From Phycisphaeraceae bacterium (lineage in GTDB: Bacteria > Planctomycetota > Phycisphaerae > Phycisphaerales > Phycisphaeraceae): a DNA stretch of 64,000 nucleotides. How positions within the stretch are numbered: the first letter of the stretch is position 1; each line of letters begins with the position of its first letter. The stretch is taken from contig OY771506.1 of the NCBI GenBank assembly GCA_963674705.1, positions 5,088,001 through 5,152,000 on the forward strand. The letters are read 5' to 3'. The notes below the pieces were generated by a model. The model searched no databases, was not told the DNA's origin, and worked only from the letters and a program-made list of their open reading frames with translations. The position numbers and the translations under genes are program-made. This document shows positions 48,623-58,996 of this stretch, in pieces.

Positions 48623-51600
48623 ATGTTGCGGTTACACACACAATCGACCAGCGTGACATGTGTAGTGATGATTGTCTCGCTTATGATGATGGTCGTTTCC
48701 AGACCGGCGGCTACCCATGCGCAAACTGCGTACTTCTCACTTGAAGGCGACATCGTCGCGGTTAGTGATGAGATCAACTTCGGCGTGGACCTGACGCGCA
48801 GTGTCGGCAGCAGCGAGAACCTCTTGTTCCTCACGTATACCTATGCGGGGGGCACAAACTATGCGGGTGATACGATCACGGCCAGCAGTTTCGATTCGGA
48901 CCTGCACTTCTATGACGGGCTAAGCGTATTGCACGGCCAGGACGATCAATCGGGACCAGGTTTTGATGCGCTGCTTTCCTGGACGGTCGGAGACACGCCG
49001 TTGAATCCCGATCCGCTGCTGGCGGGTAATTACCGATTGAACCTACAGGAATACATGAATAACAATACGGGACCGTGGGCGGTGGACATGGTCGGCCCTG
49101 CTGATGCGATGACCTTCACGGGGGCGACGGGCTTATTTTCCGGCACGATCGATTCCTTGAAGTTCGGCACGACCGGCGGCGGCACCGCGGTGTACAACCA
49201 TGGCAGCACGGTCAACCTGCTCGGTGATCTGGTCGTCGCGGCGACGGGTAACGCCGAATTGAATGTCGATGCAGGCACACTGACAGTCCATGGGCAAACC
49301 ACGATCAACAGCGGCGGCACGATTGATATTGACGGCGGCACGCTCTCCGCGGTTGGTCCGGTGTTGGTCGACGGCGGGACGTTTACATACAACAGCGGGT
49401 ACTTTTATCTGGCTTCGAGCGGTACATTCAGTGCGGTCAATGATGCCACGGTTGATTTCAGCGGTTCGTTAAATATCAATAGCAATAAGACCTACCGAGT
49501 CAGCTCCGGTTCGGACATAACATTTGGGGGTTATGTCGATGTGGGTGGGAACAGTGATGGCGTGCTGATTGTCGAGGGTGCTGGCACAACGTACGAAAAC
49601 GGCAACAGCTCGTGCTTCTGGGGGTACGGCGGGGGAACTGCGCAGGTGTTCATCACGACCGATGCGCAGGCCAACATCGATGGACTTAACCTGCGTATCG
49701 GATACGGCACCACCGCGAACAGCACGGGGCTGGTCAGTATCGAGAGCGGCGCGGGGATGACGGTGAGTAGTAATATTTATCTTGCGTCTGACGGCTCTGT
49801 CGGCGGCATGGGCGCCATTAATGTCATGGGCACCGACTCAACGTTTGAGCAAACAGGCGTCCGTAATCTGACTATCGGTCATGCGAGCGATGGTGTTGGA
49901 AGGCTTTCTGTTGAGTATTCCGGTTCCTTTACTTCGGGCAGCGGTACGATCACGGTCAATCCAACCGGGTTGATCGAAGTTAAGTCGGGCGGATCATTCC
50001 TTGCTAATGGTGATATCGTCGTCGATGGCGGAACGATATATATAACCAACAGCAGTTTCGCGCTGGCTGCGGGCAAATCATTGACGGCATCCAACAACGG
50101 CCAGGTCCACCTCAGCAACAGTTACAACATAGCTAACGGGAACACTTTCACTATCGATTCCGGTGCGGACTTGGAGGGAGGCAGCTACATCGATGTGGGT
50201 ACCGGCACAGATGGCACGCTGATAATCGACGGGCCCGGTTCAACGATCAGCACGAATGACGTCAGTTACTACGGCTCGAACGGCGCGACGGGGCAAGTTA
50301 CGCTCAGGAATGAAGCCACGGCGTACTACAACAACGCCATCCGAGTGACACAAGGGCTCAACCCCGGCACAAACGGCGTGCTCAACGTCGAAAGCGGCGC
50401 CGATGCGTATATGTACGGGACGCTGGCTATCTGTACCGGTGGAACGCCGGGTGGTAGTGGCACAGTTACCTTGACGGGCGCGGGGTCAACCATCGTACAG
50501 AGTGGTGATGTGGAATTGATCGTTGGACATGCAACTGACGGTACGGGCCTGCTGACGATCACGGATAATGGCAGTTTCACAACCGGCACAGACTCCACCG
50601 TCATCAGGACGACCGGCACGATCGAACTCAGTAATGGCGGCAAACTCTACACCAACGGCAACATCCTCGTAGACGGCGGGACGCTGAACCGCAATACGGG
50701 CGGCCTGCTCATCATGGATGCGGGTACAACCTTGTATGCCTACAACAACGGCCAGGTCAATATCACCGGTTCACATAACATCATGGATGATTGTACGTTC
50801 GAGATTAACTCCGGTGCGGACCTGGCGAGCACGAGTTACATCGACATCGGTAACGGATCGAACGGGACGCTGATCGTCGACGGCGTCGGCTCGACACTCA
50901 CGGTTAACGGACAATCGTATTGGGGATCGAATGGCGGAACGGCCACGGTCACACTGAGCAACAACGCTTATGTCGAGTTAGTCAAGCTCCAACTGGCTCA
51001 GGGTTCAACGGCCGGCACAACCGGGAGCCTCCGTATTGAAAGTGGCGCGGATGCTTTTATTCAAGGTGAGATCAGTCTGGCTGTAGGCGCACCCAGCGGC
51101 GGTAGCGCAACATTGCACATCAGCGGACCCGGCTCCACCCTGACACAAACGATGGACTACGATCTTGACATCGGCAGCACCACTTCCGGCTCTGCCTCGG
51201 TGACCATCGACAATAGCGGAAGCTATACACAAGACACCGGGTCGATTTTTATCCACGGCACCGGTACGGTCAATATCAGTAACGGCGGATCGTTTAGTAC
51301 CGGTGGTACGGTCGACCTCCGCGGCGGAACACTCAACCTCGATGACGGTGAGATCACTACCGGCAGCTTCATTCAATCAAGTGGGACATTCAACTTTAAC
51401 GATGGCAAGCTTACGATCGATGGCGGAACGTTCGATCCCGGTACCACGTATTACCGGATTTATGGCCCAACCGTGTCAGAAGTGCCTACACTTGTTTTCG
51501 ACAACGGCGCATCCGCTCCAGTGATAACCGGGTCGATGCATGTCGGCCACATTAATCGTGGGGCAATGCAAATACTGAATGGGTCCACTCTCAGTTCAAC

Positions 51601-52831
51601 AACCGCGTACATCGGCTATGATTCCACATCAAAAGGATCGGTTATTGTTGACGGTAGCGGGTCAACCTGGAACATTACCGATACAGACCTTCGTGTTGGT
51701 CAGAGTGGTTATGGAGAACTGATCGTCAGTGATCATGCTGTGATAAATGTTGCTGACGACTTTGGTGTAGGTTGTGCCATGGGCGGCACAGGTTATCTGC
51801 ACCTCACTTCAAGAGCCACGATCAACGTTGCCACGCGAACCTTTATTTCAGACTTCGGTAATGGTGAAGCAACGATTGATGGTGGTGCGACATTGACCTC
51901 GCAAGGCGGCGTGTGGATCTCAAACCTGGCCGGCACGTCCGGAACCTTGCATGTTCGTGAAACAGGAACGTTACTGGATGCAAAGACCGACTTACATGTG
52001 GGCGGTAATCCCAGTGGCTCAGAGGGTATTGGTATCGTAGACCTGAGTGATAACGCCCGGATCAGTGTCGGCGCGAAGCTTCACATCTGGGATCAGGGCA
52101 GTGTCAACTTCTCCGGCGGAACTCTCAGTGCAGACATCATCAGCGACATCGACGGCGGTACATTCAAGTTCACCGGTGGTGTGTTGCACGTGAATACCTA
52201 CGAAGGCCACCTGATCAACAACGGCGGAACAGTAGCGCCGGGTCATTCGGTGGGCCTGACATCGGTCACAAAAGATTACTCGCAGTTTGGCGGCATACTA
52301 GAAATCGAACTTGCCAATACGCCCGGTTCCGGTGGGATCGACTACGATCTGCTGGATGTCGTTGGTGATCTTGAGTTGGCAGGAACGCTTGATATCCTGC
52401 TAACAGGCGGGTTCATGCCTGTCATCGGCAACAGCTTCGATGTGATTACTTTTCACAACAGTCGATACGGTGTATTTGATCAGGTGCTTCTGCCAAAGAC
52501 ACCCGGAGTGGGCCTGGACCTTGTCTACATGTCCAAGTCCGTCCGTATCGTGACACGACTGGCAGGAGACCTCAACGGCGACGGCTTCGTCGGTCTGGAC
52601 GATCTGGACATTGTGTTGACACACTGGAATCAGAATGTGGATGCGGACGTCTGGCTGGGCGGCGACGCGACCGGTGATGGGTATGTCGGCCTGGACGACC
52701 TGGATGTCGTCCTGAACAACTGGAACGCGGGCACGCCGCCGGCTATCGACAAACAGGCAGCAATTCCTGAACCATCAACAGGTTTAATTCTTTGGGGAAT
52801 TATTATCGTGGGTTCGGTCATGAGAAAATAG
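48623..52831 (+). CDS. Large PEP-CTERM surface protein: DVUA0089-like N-domain, three ~215-aa internal repeats, dockerin-like module
   Basis: AAGGAG SD before ATG 48623; TYTYAGGTNYAG; dockerin-like x2; AIPEPST..MRK. Confidence 0.85.
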   Translation: MLRLHTQSTSVTCVVMIVSLMMMVVSRPAATHAQTAYFSLEGDIVAVSDEINFGVDLTRSVGSSENLLFLTYTYAGGTNYAGDTITASSFDSDLHFYDGLSVLHGQDDQSGPGFDALLSWTVGDTPLNPDPLLAGNYRLNLQEYMNNNTGPWAVDMVGPADAMTFTGATGLFSGTIDSLKFGTTGGGTAVYNHGSTVNLLGDLVVAATGNAELNVDAGTLTVHGQTTINSGGTIDIDGGTLSAVGPVLVDGGTFTYNSGYFYLASSGTFSAVNDATVDFSGSLNINSNKTYRVSSGSDITFGGYVDVGGNSDGVLIVEGAGTTYENGNSSCFWGYGGGTAQVFITTDAQANIDGLNLRIGYGTTANSTGLVSIESGAGMTVSSNIYLASDGSVGGMGAINVMGTDSTFEQTGVRNLTIGHASDGVGRLSVEYSGSFTSGSGTITVNPTGLIEVKSGGSFLANGDIVVDGGTIYITNSSFALAAGKSLTASNNGQVHLSNSYNIANGNTFTIDSGADLEGGSYIDVGTGTDGTLIIDGPGSTISTNDVSYYGSNGATGQVTLRNEATAYYNNAIRVTQGLNPGTNGVLNVESGADAYMYGTLAICTGGTPGGSGTVTLTGAGSTIVQSGDVELIVGHATDGTGLLTITDNGSFTTGTDSTVIRTTGTIELSNGGKLYTNGNILVDGGTLNRNTGGLLIMDAGTTLYAYNNGQVNITGSHNIMDDCTFEINSGADLASTSYIDIGNGSNGTLIVDGVGSTLTVNGQSYWGSNGGTATVTLSNNAYVELVKLQLAQGSTAGTTGSLRIESGADAFIQGEISLAVGAPSGGSATLHISGPGSTLTQTMDYDLDIGSTTSGSASVTIDNSGSYTQDTGSIFIHGTGTVNISNGGSFSTGGTVDLRGGTLNLDDGEITTGSFIQSSGTFNFNDGKLTIDGGTFDPGTTYYRIYGPTVSEVPTLVFDNGASAPVITGSMHVGHINRGAMQILNGSTLSSTTAYIGYDSTSKGSVIVDGSGSTWNITDTDLRVGQSGYGELIVSDHAVINVADDFGVGCAMGGTGYLHLTSRATINVATRTFISDFGNGEATIDGGATLTSQGGVWISNLAGTSGTLHVRETGTLLDAKTDLHVGGNPSGSEGIGIVDLSDNARISVGAKLHIWDQGSVNFSGGTLSADIISDIDGGTFKFTGGVLHVNTYEGHLINNGGTVAPGHSVGLTSVTKDYSQFGGILEIELANTPGSGGIDYDLLDVVGDLELAGTLDILLTGGFMPVIGNSFDVITFHNSRYGVFDQVLLPKTPGVGLDLVYMSKSVRIVTRLAGDLNGDGFVGLDDLDIVLTHWNQNVDADVWLGGDATGDGYVGLDDLDVVLNNWNAGTPPAIDKQAAIPEPSTGLILWGIIIVGSVMRK

Positions 52832-53082
52832 GAGACCTTGTAACCAATTCTATACGCATCTCGTGCTGTAATATGGCATATTACTTTGCGTTTTATGACA
52901 TGTCGTTTTGCGTTTAATTTAATATACCTGCTTCCTGTACGATTGCGTGCGATTGTTGTATTGCATTTCATAATAATAAAGCAATCGTGAAGGTTGCGGC
53001 GTCGCAGTCCGATGGCGTTGGCCGTATAATGTTAGGCCAAATGTCATCCGGGTTGTTCTTCTCTAACTACAAGCAAGATGCC

Positions 53083-54159
53083 ATGATCGAACTCAAAGAA
53101 AACTGCCGTTACAACCTCGTCATCCCCACCAGCATGGGTACGCGTCTGACGCCGATCAACGGCCAGCCGTTCCACTGCTCCGACACCTTCAAAATGCAGG
53201 CAACCAGTGCCGAATCAAACGTCGGCAGCGCGTCGTCGTACCTTGGTCTGAAAGTGAAGATCCTGACCGCTTTCGTAAAAGGCAGCCCGGTCTCGCGCTT
53301 TATCAAGGACAACCTCGCCGGCCGACATATGGATTATGAAGGCCCGGAGTTCGACCAGGGCGGGCCCTGGGGCTACCGGCATCAGATCAACATGGCCGAC
53401 TCCGGCGCAGGCTCACGCGGCCCACGTGTGGCCAATGACCGTGCCGGTGAAGTCGGACGCATGCTCAACGTCAAGGACTTCGATCTCGACCGCATCTTCG
53501 CGAAGGAAGGTGCGCAGATCGTCCACCTTTCCGGTCTGATCGGTGCGCTCTCTCCGGATACCAGCAAGTTCTGCCTGGAAATCGCACGTGCCGCCAAGGC
53601 GAATGGATCTCGCATCAGCTTCGACCTGAACCACCGCGCCACCTTCTGGAAGGGCCGAGAGAAGGAACTCAGTGAAGTCTTCCACGAAATCGCCGGCCTG
53701 GCGGACATCCTTGTGGGTAACGAGGAAGACTTCCAGCTTTGCCTTGGCATCAAGGGACCTGAAGCCGGCGGCATTGGTATCGACGCCAAGATCGAAAGCT
53801 TCAAAGAAATGATCGGCCGGGTGCAGAAGACCTACAGCAACGCCAGCGTCTTCGCGACCACGCTGCGTGAAGTCGTGAATGTCAATTGTCATAAGTGGGG
53901 CGCGATTGTTTTTGCCGATGATGACTGGCATGTCCTGCCGCCACGCGAAATCGGTGTGGTCGACCGCATCGGCGGGGGTGACGGCTTCGTCGGCGGATTG
54001 CTCTACGGTATCCTCAAAAAATGGAACGCAGAGAAGTGCGCCCAGTTCGGCTGGGCCAACGGTGCGTTAACCGCAACGTTGCTGACCGACTATTCGCAAC
54101 CGGCGGATGAAGAGCAGGTCTGGAGCATCTGGGAAGGCAACGCCCGCGTCAAACGCTAG
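53083..54159 (+). CDS. PfkB-family sugar kinase, 2-keto-3-deoxygluconate-kinase-like
   Basis: AESNV, SFDLNHR, GNEEDF, DRIGGGDGFVGG. Confidence 0.85.
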   Translation: MIELKENCRYNLVIPTSMGTRLTPINGQPFHCSDTFKMQATSAESNVGSASSYLGLKVKILTAFVKGSPVSRFIKDNLAGRHMDYEGPEFDQGGPWGYRHQINMADSGAGSRGPRVANDRAGEVGRMLNVKDFDLDRIFAKEGAQIVHLSGLIGALSPDTSKFCLEIARAAKANGSRISFDLNHRATFWKGREKELSEVFHEIAGLADILVGNEEDFQLCLGIKGPEAGGIGIDAKIESFKEMIGRVQKTYSNASVFATTLREVVNVNCHKWGAIVFADDDWHVLPPREIGVVDRIGGGDGFVGGLLYGILKKWNAEKCAQFGWANGALTATLLTDYSQPADEEQVWSIWEGNARVKR

Positions 54160-54170
54160 TATTAGACATA

Positions 54171-54217
54171 CTCCCTCTCCCCCCGGGAGCCCCCGGAGAA
54201 TGGTCGGGGTGAGGGCC
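54171..54217. repeat. Family E variant repeat
   Basis: ccctctccccccgggagcccccggagaatggtcggggtgagggcc, nearly identical to 26881-26926. Confidence 0.8.
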
Positions 54218-54255
54218 GTTTTACTTTCAACCTAAAGCGTTATTGACCCCATACC

Positions 54256-55548
54256 ATGCCAAACAACATCAACATCGGCGGCGAAAACGTCACGATCACA
54301 TCCAGTGACCTCGCTAACCGTCTCGATGCGTTGATCGAACAGATCAAGACAGAGCATAAGCTTAAACGCCTTTTGATCCTCCCGCCGGACATCACGCGCC
54401 TCAACTCACGTGCCGGCGAGATCACTGCTCATCTGTGGGATCGTCTGCATAATTCAGTGCACATCGATATCATGCCCGCGCTCGGCACCCACAAGCCCAT
54501 GACCGAAGCCGAGTGCATCCGCATGTTCGGCAAGGAAATCCCCTACGACCGCTTCCTCCCCCACCGCTGGCGCACCGACCTGAAAGAACTCGGCGAACTC
54601 ACCGCCGATGAAATCGCCAAGTTATCTGACGGCAAGTTCAAGGAACCGATGGCCGTCGCCGTCAACAAGCAGTTGTTCGATGGCAACTACGACCTGATTC
54701 TTTCGATCGGCCAGGTCGTGCCGCATGAAGTAATCGGCCTTGCGAATTACACCAAGAATATCCTCGTCGGCACGGGCGGTCGCGACACGATCAACAAGTC
54801 GCACTTCCTGGGCGCGGTCTGCGGGATGGAATCGATCATGGGCCGAATCGACACGCCGGTGCGTCGGGCGCTGAACACCGCGTTCGATCGTTACCTGCGT
54901 GAAGCATTGCCCATCCGCTTCCTATTGACCGTCGTCGGCGCTGAGGGTGAAGACACCGTGCTGCGTGGCTTGTACTACGGTGACGACGATAAGACTTTCG
55001 AGCAGGCTGCCGAGTTGAGCCGACGCATTAACTTCCAGGTTCTGGACAAACCGATCAAGCGGTGCGTGGTGTATCTCGATCCCGAAGAATTCCATTCGAC
55101 GTGGTTGGGCAACAAGGCTGTCTATCGCACACGCATGGCCATGGCGGATGACGGCGAGTTGATCGTCCTCGCACCCGGTGTGAGGATGTTCGGCGAAGAT
55201 GCGGAGATCGACCAACTCATCCGCGCGCACGGCTACAACGGCACGCCCAAAATACTCGAAACCCTCAAAACGAATCCGGAACTTGCAGGCAATCTCTCCG
55301 CCGCCGCACACCTGATCCACGGCTCGAGTGAAGGCCGGTTCAGCATCACCTACTGCACCACCGCCCTGTCGCGTGAAGAGATTGAAGGCGTCGGCTACCT
55401 TTACCGCCCTTACGAAGAAGCCGCCAGGCAGTACGACATCAGGAAGCTTGCCATCGGTTGGAACAAGGATATGGATGGTCAGCCGTTCTACTACATACCT
55501 AACCCCGCGCTTGGACTGTGGGCCAGCCGCGATCGTTTGGGTGATTAG
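54256..55548 (+). CDS. LarA (lactate racemase)/DUF2088-family protein
   Basis: PPDITR, PALGTHKPM, VVPHEVIG, WLGNKAVYRTR. Confidence 0.85.
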   Translation: MPNNINIGGENVTITSSDLANRLDALIEQIKTEHKLKRLLILPPDITRLNSRAGEITAHLWDRLHNSVHIDIMPALGTHKPMTEAECIRMFGKEIPYDRFLPHRWRTDLKELGELTADEIAKLSDGKFKEPMAVAVNKQLFDGNYDLILSIGQVVPHEVIGLANYTKNILVGTGGRDTINKSHFLGAVCGMESIMGRIDTPVRRALNTAFDRYLREALPIRFLLTVVGAEGEDTVLRGLYYGDDDKTFEQAAELSRRINFQVLDKPIKRCVVYLDPEEFHSTWLGNKAVYRTRMAMADDGELIVLAPGVRMFGEDAEIDQLIRAHGYNGTPKILETLKTNPELAGNLSAAAHLIHGSSEGRFSITYCTTALSREEIEGVGYLYRPYEEAARQYDIRKLAIGWNKDMDGQPFYYIPNPALGLWASRDRLGD

Positions 55549-55570
55549 TCCAGTATCAAACGTAATACTT

Positions 55571-56572
55571 TCACGCCGCCCTGGTATGGCTCAGCGCATC
55601 AACGATGTGATTTGCGCTGCCTGAACCGCCGACGACAATCAGTTGGTCGCCGCTGTTCACGACCGTGTCGTCGCTTGGCCGAAGCACGCGCGTCCCGGCC
55701 TCTTGCATAATCGCAACCACGATGGTTTTCTCACCGATCAGTTGATAGACCTGTGATAGTGGCTGGCTGGTGAACCCCGGGAAGCGGTCCAGCGAGACGC
55801 GCGAAAGTTCGAGGTCGGGCCAGTGGCCGTCCAGTTCAATCATGTCGTCGATCTGCGGGTGGATCATGTAGCTCGACGCCCGCGCCGCTCCCATCACGGC
55901 CGGGCAGATCACACGGTTAGCGCCTGCCCGCAACAGCTTCGGCTCGGTCTCCGCTTCATCGCAGCGCGAGGTGATATCCAGATCATGCTTGATGCCGCGT
56001 GCTGTCAGGGTGATCAGAACATTATCCGCATCATGCGCCAGGCATGTCACCAGGCCCCTCGCCCGCACGATCCCTGCTTCTTCGAGGATCGCGTCATGCA
56101 TCGCATCGCCTTCGATACAAAGGTAGCCCATTTCCTCCGCATCTCGCAGGCTTCGGGTTTTCATGTCAATGACAACGAAAGGCATCCCGCGATAGGCGAG
56201 CGTCGAACACAACGCCTGGCCCATCCGGCCGAAGCCGACCACGATGAAGTGCCCGTTGAGCTTGCGGATCTGTGAAGTCACCTTTCGCCTCCCGATCATA
56301 TGCTTGAACTGACCTTCGACCACAAACGACACCATCTGCCCGGTCGCGTACAACACGACACCGATCCCGCCGATCATCAGCACCAACGACCAGACCCGGT
56401 CGGCATCGTTCTTCGCCCCCTCCATCCCCACCGTCGTAAGGATGACGACTGTCAGGTACAGCGCGTGGAACATGTCCCGATCGCCGGTCAGCATCAAACC
56501 GAGCGTGCCGGTCATGGTCAGCAGCACGAGGATCATGAAGCTGACCTTAAGATGTTTCAGGGAATCTCTGAT
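55571..56572 (-). CDS. Two-TM K+-channel-family protein with TrkA-N/TrkA-C (RCK) domains
   Basis: YLTVVILTTVG pore helix, VVGFGRMG, GDA, LRAGANRVICP; start either ATG 56536 or ATC 56572. Confidence 0.85.
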   Translation of the reverse strand: MRDSLKHLKVSFMILVLLTMTGTLGLMLTGDRDMFHALYLTVVILTTVGMEGAKNDADRVWSLVLMIGGIGVVLYATGQMVSFVVEGQFKHMIGRRKVTSQIRKLNGHFIVVGFGRMGQALCSTLAYRGMPFVVIDMKTRSLRDAEEMGYLCIEGDAMHDAILEEAGIVRARGLVTCLAHDADNVLITLTARGIKHDLDITSRCDEAETEPKLLRAGANRVICPAVMGAARASSYMIHPQIDDMIELDGHWPDLELSRVSLDRFPGFTSQPLSQVYQLIGEKTIVVAIMQEAGTRVLRPSDDTVVNSGDQLIVVGGSGSANHIVDALSHTRAA

Positions 56573-56730
56573 CTCAATCCTCCGATAACTAACACGGAGC
56601 CAGTGCTCCGACTTGACATCAGATCGGGTGTTCCGGTTAGTCGGATGAGTCCACGAATGGTTATCACCCCCCGTTGTAAGCGAAATGTGTTCTCGGCTTA
56701 GCGTGGCAGCCTGTTATCGTTCACCCACCA

Positions 56731-57471
56731 TCAAAACAGCATCGGCGTCTGCCCCCCGTTGCTGCCTTTACCGCCATCATTTTCCTGCACATCGGCCGGC
56801 TTCACACACGCGGGCCCTTCATGCCGTGCGTTGTTGACGTATGTCGTGACGGGTCGATGCATCATCAATTCTGCCGGATACGGTCGGCACAGGGCCTTGG
56901 CGGTCGTGATGTCTTCGGTGCTGGTATCGAGCCAGTTGCTGTAATCTTCCGGGTCCAGGATCACGGGCATGCGGTCGTGCAGTTCGCCGACCATCGCGTT
57001 CGCGGCGGTGGTCAGGATCGTACAGGTTTCCAGCTCGTTACCTGCCGGGTCCTGCCAGTGTTCCCACAAACCCGCCATCGCGAATGGCTGTTCATCCGCC
57101 ATCGTAATCAGGTAGGGTTGCCTGCCTTTCGCTCCACCGCCCTTCTCAGTTCGACGCCATTCGTAAAAACCATCCGCCGGGATCAGGCAGCGCCGGCGTT
57201 TGAACGCGTTTTTGAACGCGGGCTTTTCATGGGCCGTCTCCGATCGCGCGTTGATCATCCGGTTGCCGATCGCCACATCCTTCGCCCACGACGGCACGAA
57301 CCCCCATCGGAGCATGACCGACTCGCGCTTGCCGCCGTTCTGCCGAACCGCCAGCACGGGCTGCGTTGGCGCGACGTTGTAGCGTGAGATCAATTCCCAG
57401 ACTGCAAAATCCACACCCAGCAGCTTATCCAGCCGGTCTTCGACAATCGTCAGCATGAATCGGCCACACAT
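56731..57471 (-). CDS. SOS-response-associated peptidase (SRAP/YedK/HMCES family)
   Basis: MCGRF, RYNVAPTQ, INARSET, RCLIPADGFYEW, HDRMPVIL. Confidence 0.96.
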   Translation of the reverse strand: MCGRFMLTIVEDRLDKLLGVDFAVWELISRYNVAPTQPVLAVRQNGGKRESVMLRWGFVPSWAKDVAIGNRMINARSETAHEKPAFKNAFKRRRCLIPADGFYEWRRTEKGGGAKGRQPYLITMADEQPFAMAGLWEHWQDPAGNELETCTILTTAANAMVGELHDRMPVILDPEDYSNWLDTSTEDITTAKALCRPYPAELMMHRPVTTYVNNARHEGPACVKPADVQENDGGKGSNGGQTPMLF

Positions 57472-57573
57472 AATCCCGTCCCTTGCAGAATAAATCCGTA
57501 AATGGAATCATACCGGCTGAACCAGCCGCGCCAAAGCCGCGTACAGAAGTCAGACCCGGGAAGGACAAACGTC

Positions 57574-58221
57574 ATGGCCGAAACAGATCTAGGCCGAAAC
57601 ACACGAACAACACGCAAACAGCTGGTAATCGCGATACTCGTGGGTCTGTTTGTGTGGGGATTATCTCTGCTGGTTGCCTGGAAGCTCAGCGGCATTGCAC
57701 CCGGGGTCGGACCCGAGCAATCTTACACACAGCATATCTTGATCTATCGCATCAACCATGCAATATCAGAATATGAAAAGGAGCACGACGAGAAAGTCGA
57801 ATCATTATACCAACTGTTGGATGATGGTTACCTTGAAATAACAACTGATGGGAAACTACTTGATGGCTGGGAGAATCCGATGGTCGTTGAATACGATGGT
57901 ACTCAACTTATATTCACCAGCTACGGACGCGACGGCAAACCCGGTGGTAAAGGGCTGGACCATGATCTGACCAATCTCGACCCATCACCCGATGGAGCAA
58001 TAGTCACGTTCTATCAGTTTCTCTTTAACGCCCCAATTAGGAGCATCCGGTTGTGGAGCTTTGCAATCGGTGTCTTTACATTCATCGCCATTATCAATGA
58101 TAGAGGGAGCAGAAAGAAGCAGCCATGGCGACACAATATAGTTAACATAAGTGTATTCATCATTGCAGCCTGCATTGTCGCTGGTTTCATGAGTATCCTG
58201 CAGCTATATTCCGGTCATTAA
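57574..58221 (+). CDS. Membrane protein with GspG (T2SS pseudopilin) C-domain-like region, paralogue 1
   Basis: LDGWENP..SYGRDGKPGGKGLDHDL; one N-terminal and two C-terminal TMs; ends SGH. Confidence 0.7.
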   Translation: MAETDLGRNTRTTRKQLVIAILVGLFVWGLSLLVAWKLSGIAPGVGPEQSYTQHILIYRINHAISEYEKEHDEKVESLYQLLDDGYLEITTDGKLLDGWENPMVVEYDGTQLIFTSYGRDGKPGGKGLDHDLTNLDPSPDGAIVTFYQFLFNAPIRSIRLWSFAIGVFTFIAIINDRGSRKKQPWRHNIVNISVFIIAACIVAGFMSILQLYSGH

Positions 58222-58258
58222 TACCCATCAGCAGTTATTCGATTAGAGTTACTTACAA

Positions 58259-58993
58259 ATGACAACAGAAAACAATCCCGACAAACGTGATCGCAAGACA
58301 GTCATCAAGATGATGGTGCTTTCGAGCATCCTGTCATTAATCAGTTTTGCGCTCGTGTGGCTGACCACAACATTTGTCGCGTGGCAGTTTTCCAACAATT
58401 CGTACGGCATCAGGCCCGAGCAATGGACCACGCAGGAATTTCTACAGCAATGCAGCTCTGAAATTGCAGAATATGCGGTCCAAGGCAAGATCAGCGAGTT
58501 TGATTTACGTACATTTGAACCGCCCAATGAATACTACACTGAACGCCTTTTCCATACAGACAACGACGGACAGTGGCTTGACGGCTGGGACAGGCCTTAC
58601 CTGGTAGAGTCGGGCGGCGGGAATGTCGTTGTGACTTCTCTCGGCCGGGATGGTAAACCGGGAGGCATTGGTCTGGATATCGACCTCACCAGCGACGAAA
58701 CTCACCCGCTTGATTTTCAGCCTACCTTCGGCCAATTCCTGCAAACCGACAACGCCAACGCCAAAGAAGTCCGCATGTGGTGTCTGGCTATCAGCGTCGG
58801 CTTCTTTGTAGTCGTCGCTACAGGTGCGTTGTTACTGATATACACGGCCTCCAAGTTAACAACGAAACAATACACGTGGCTGATCACACAGATCTGTTCC
58901 TTGATTGTGTTCATCGGCTTCACCGCATTCTTCGGCGGACTGATCAGCCTGTTGCACGTAAACCTGCTCCCCCCTTATGCCTCGGGGCACTGA
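58259..58993 (+). CDS. Membrane protein with GspG C-domain-like region, paralogue 2
   Basis: LDGWDRPY..SLGRDGKPGGIGLDIDL; ends SGH. Confidence 0.7.
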   Translation: MTTENNPDKRDRKTVIKMMVLSSILSLISFALVWLTTTFVAWQFSNNSYGIRPEQWTTQEFLQQCSSEIAEYAVQGKISEFDLRTFEPPNEYYTERLFHTDNDGQWLDGWDRPYLVESGGGNVVVTSLGRDGKPGGIGLDIDLTSDETHPLDFQPTFGQFLQTDNANAKEVRMWCLAISVGFFVVVATGALLLIYTASKLTTKQYTWLITQICSLIVFIGFTAFFGGLISLLHVNLLPPYASGH

Positions 58994-58996
58994 CGC

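Noticed and set aside
42370..52740. Repeated dockerin-coding DNA as a DGR template/variable repeat
   Set aside because: All copies are in-frame coding, differences look mostly synonymous rather than adenine-specific, and no reverse transcriptase is in the window
52874..52889. TGGCAT...TTGC sigma-54-like motif upstream of the kinase
   Set aside because: Spacing is GG-N11-GC, one base off the strict requirement
57574..58993. Type II secretion/pilus locus
   Set aside because: No prepilin cleavage motif and no secretin, ATPase or platform genes nearby
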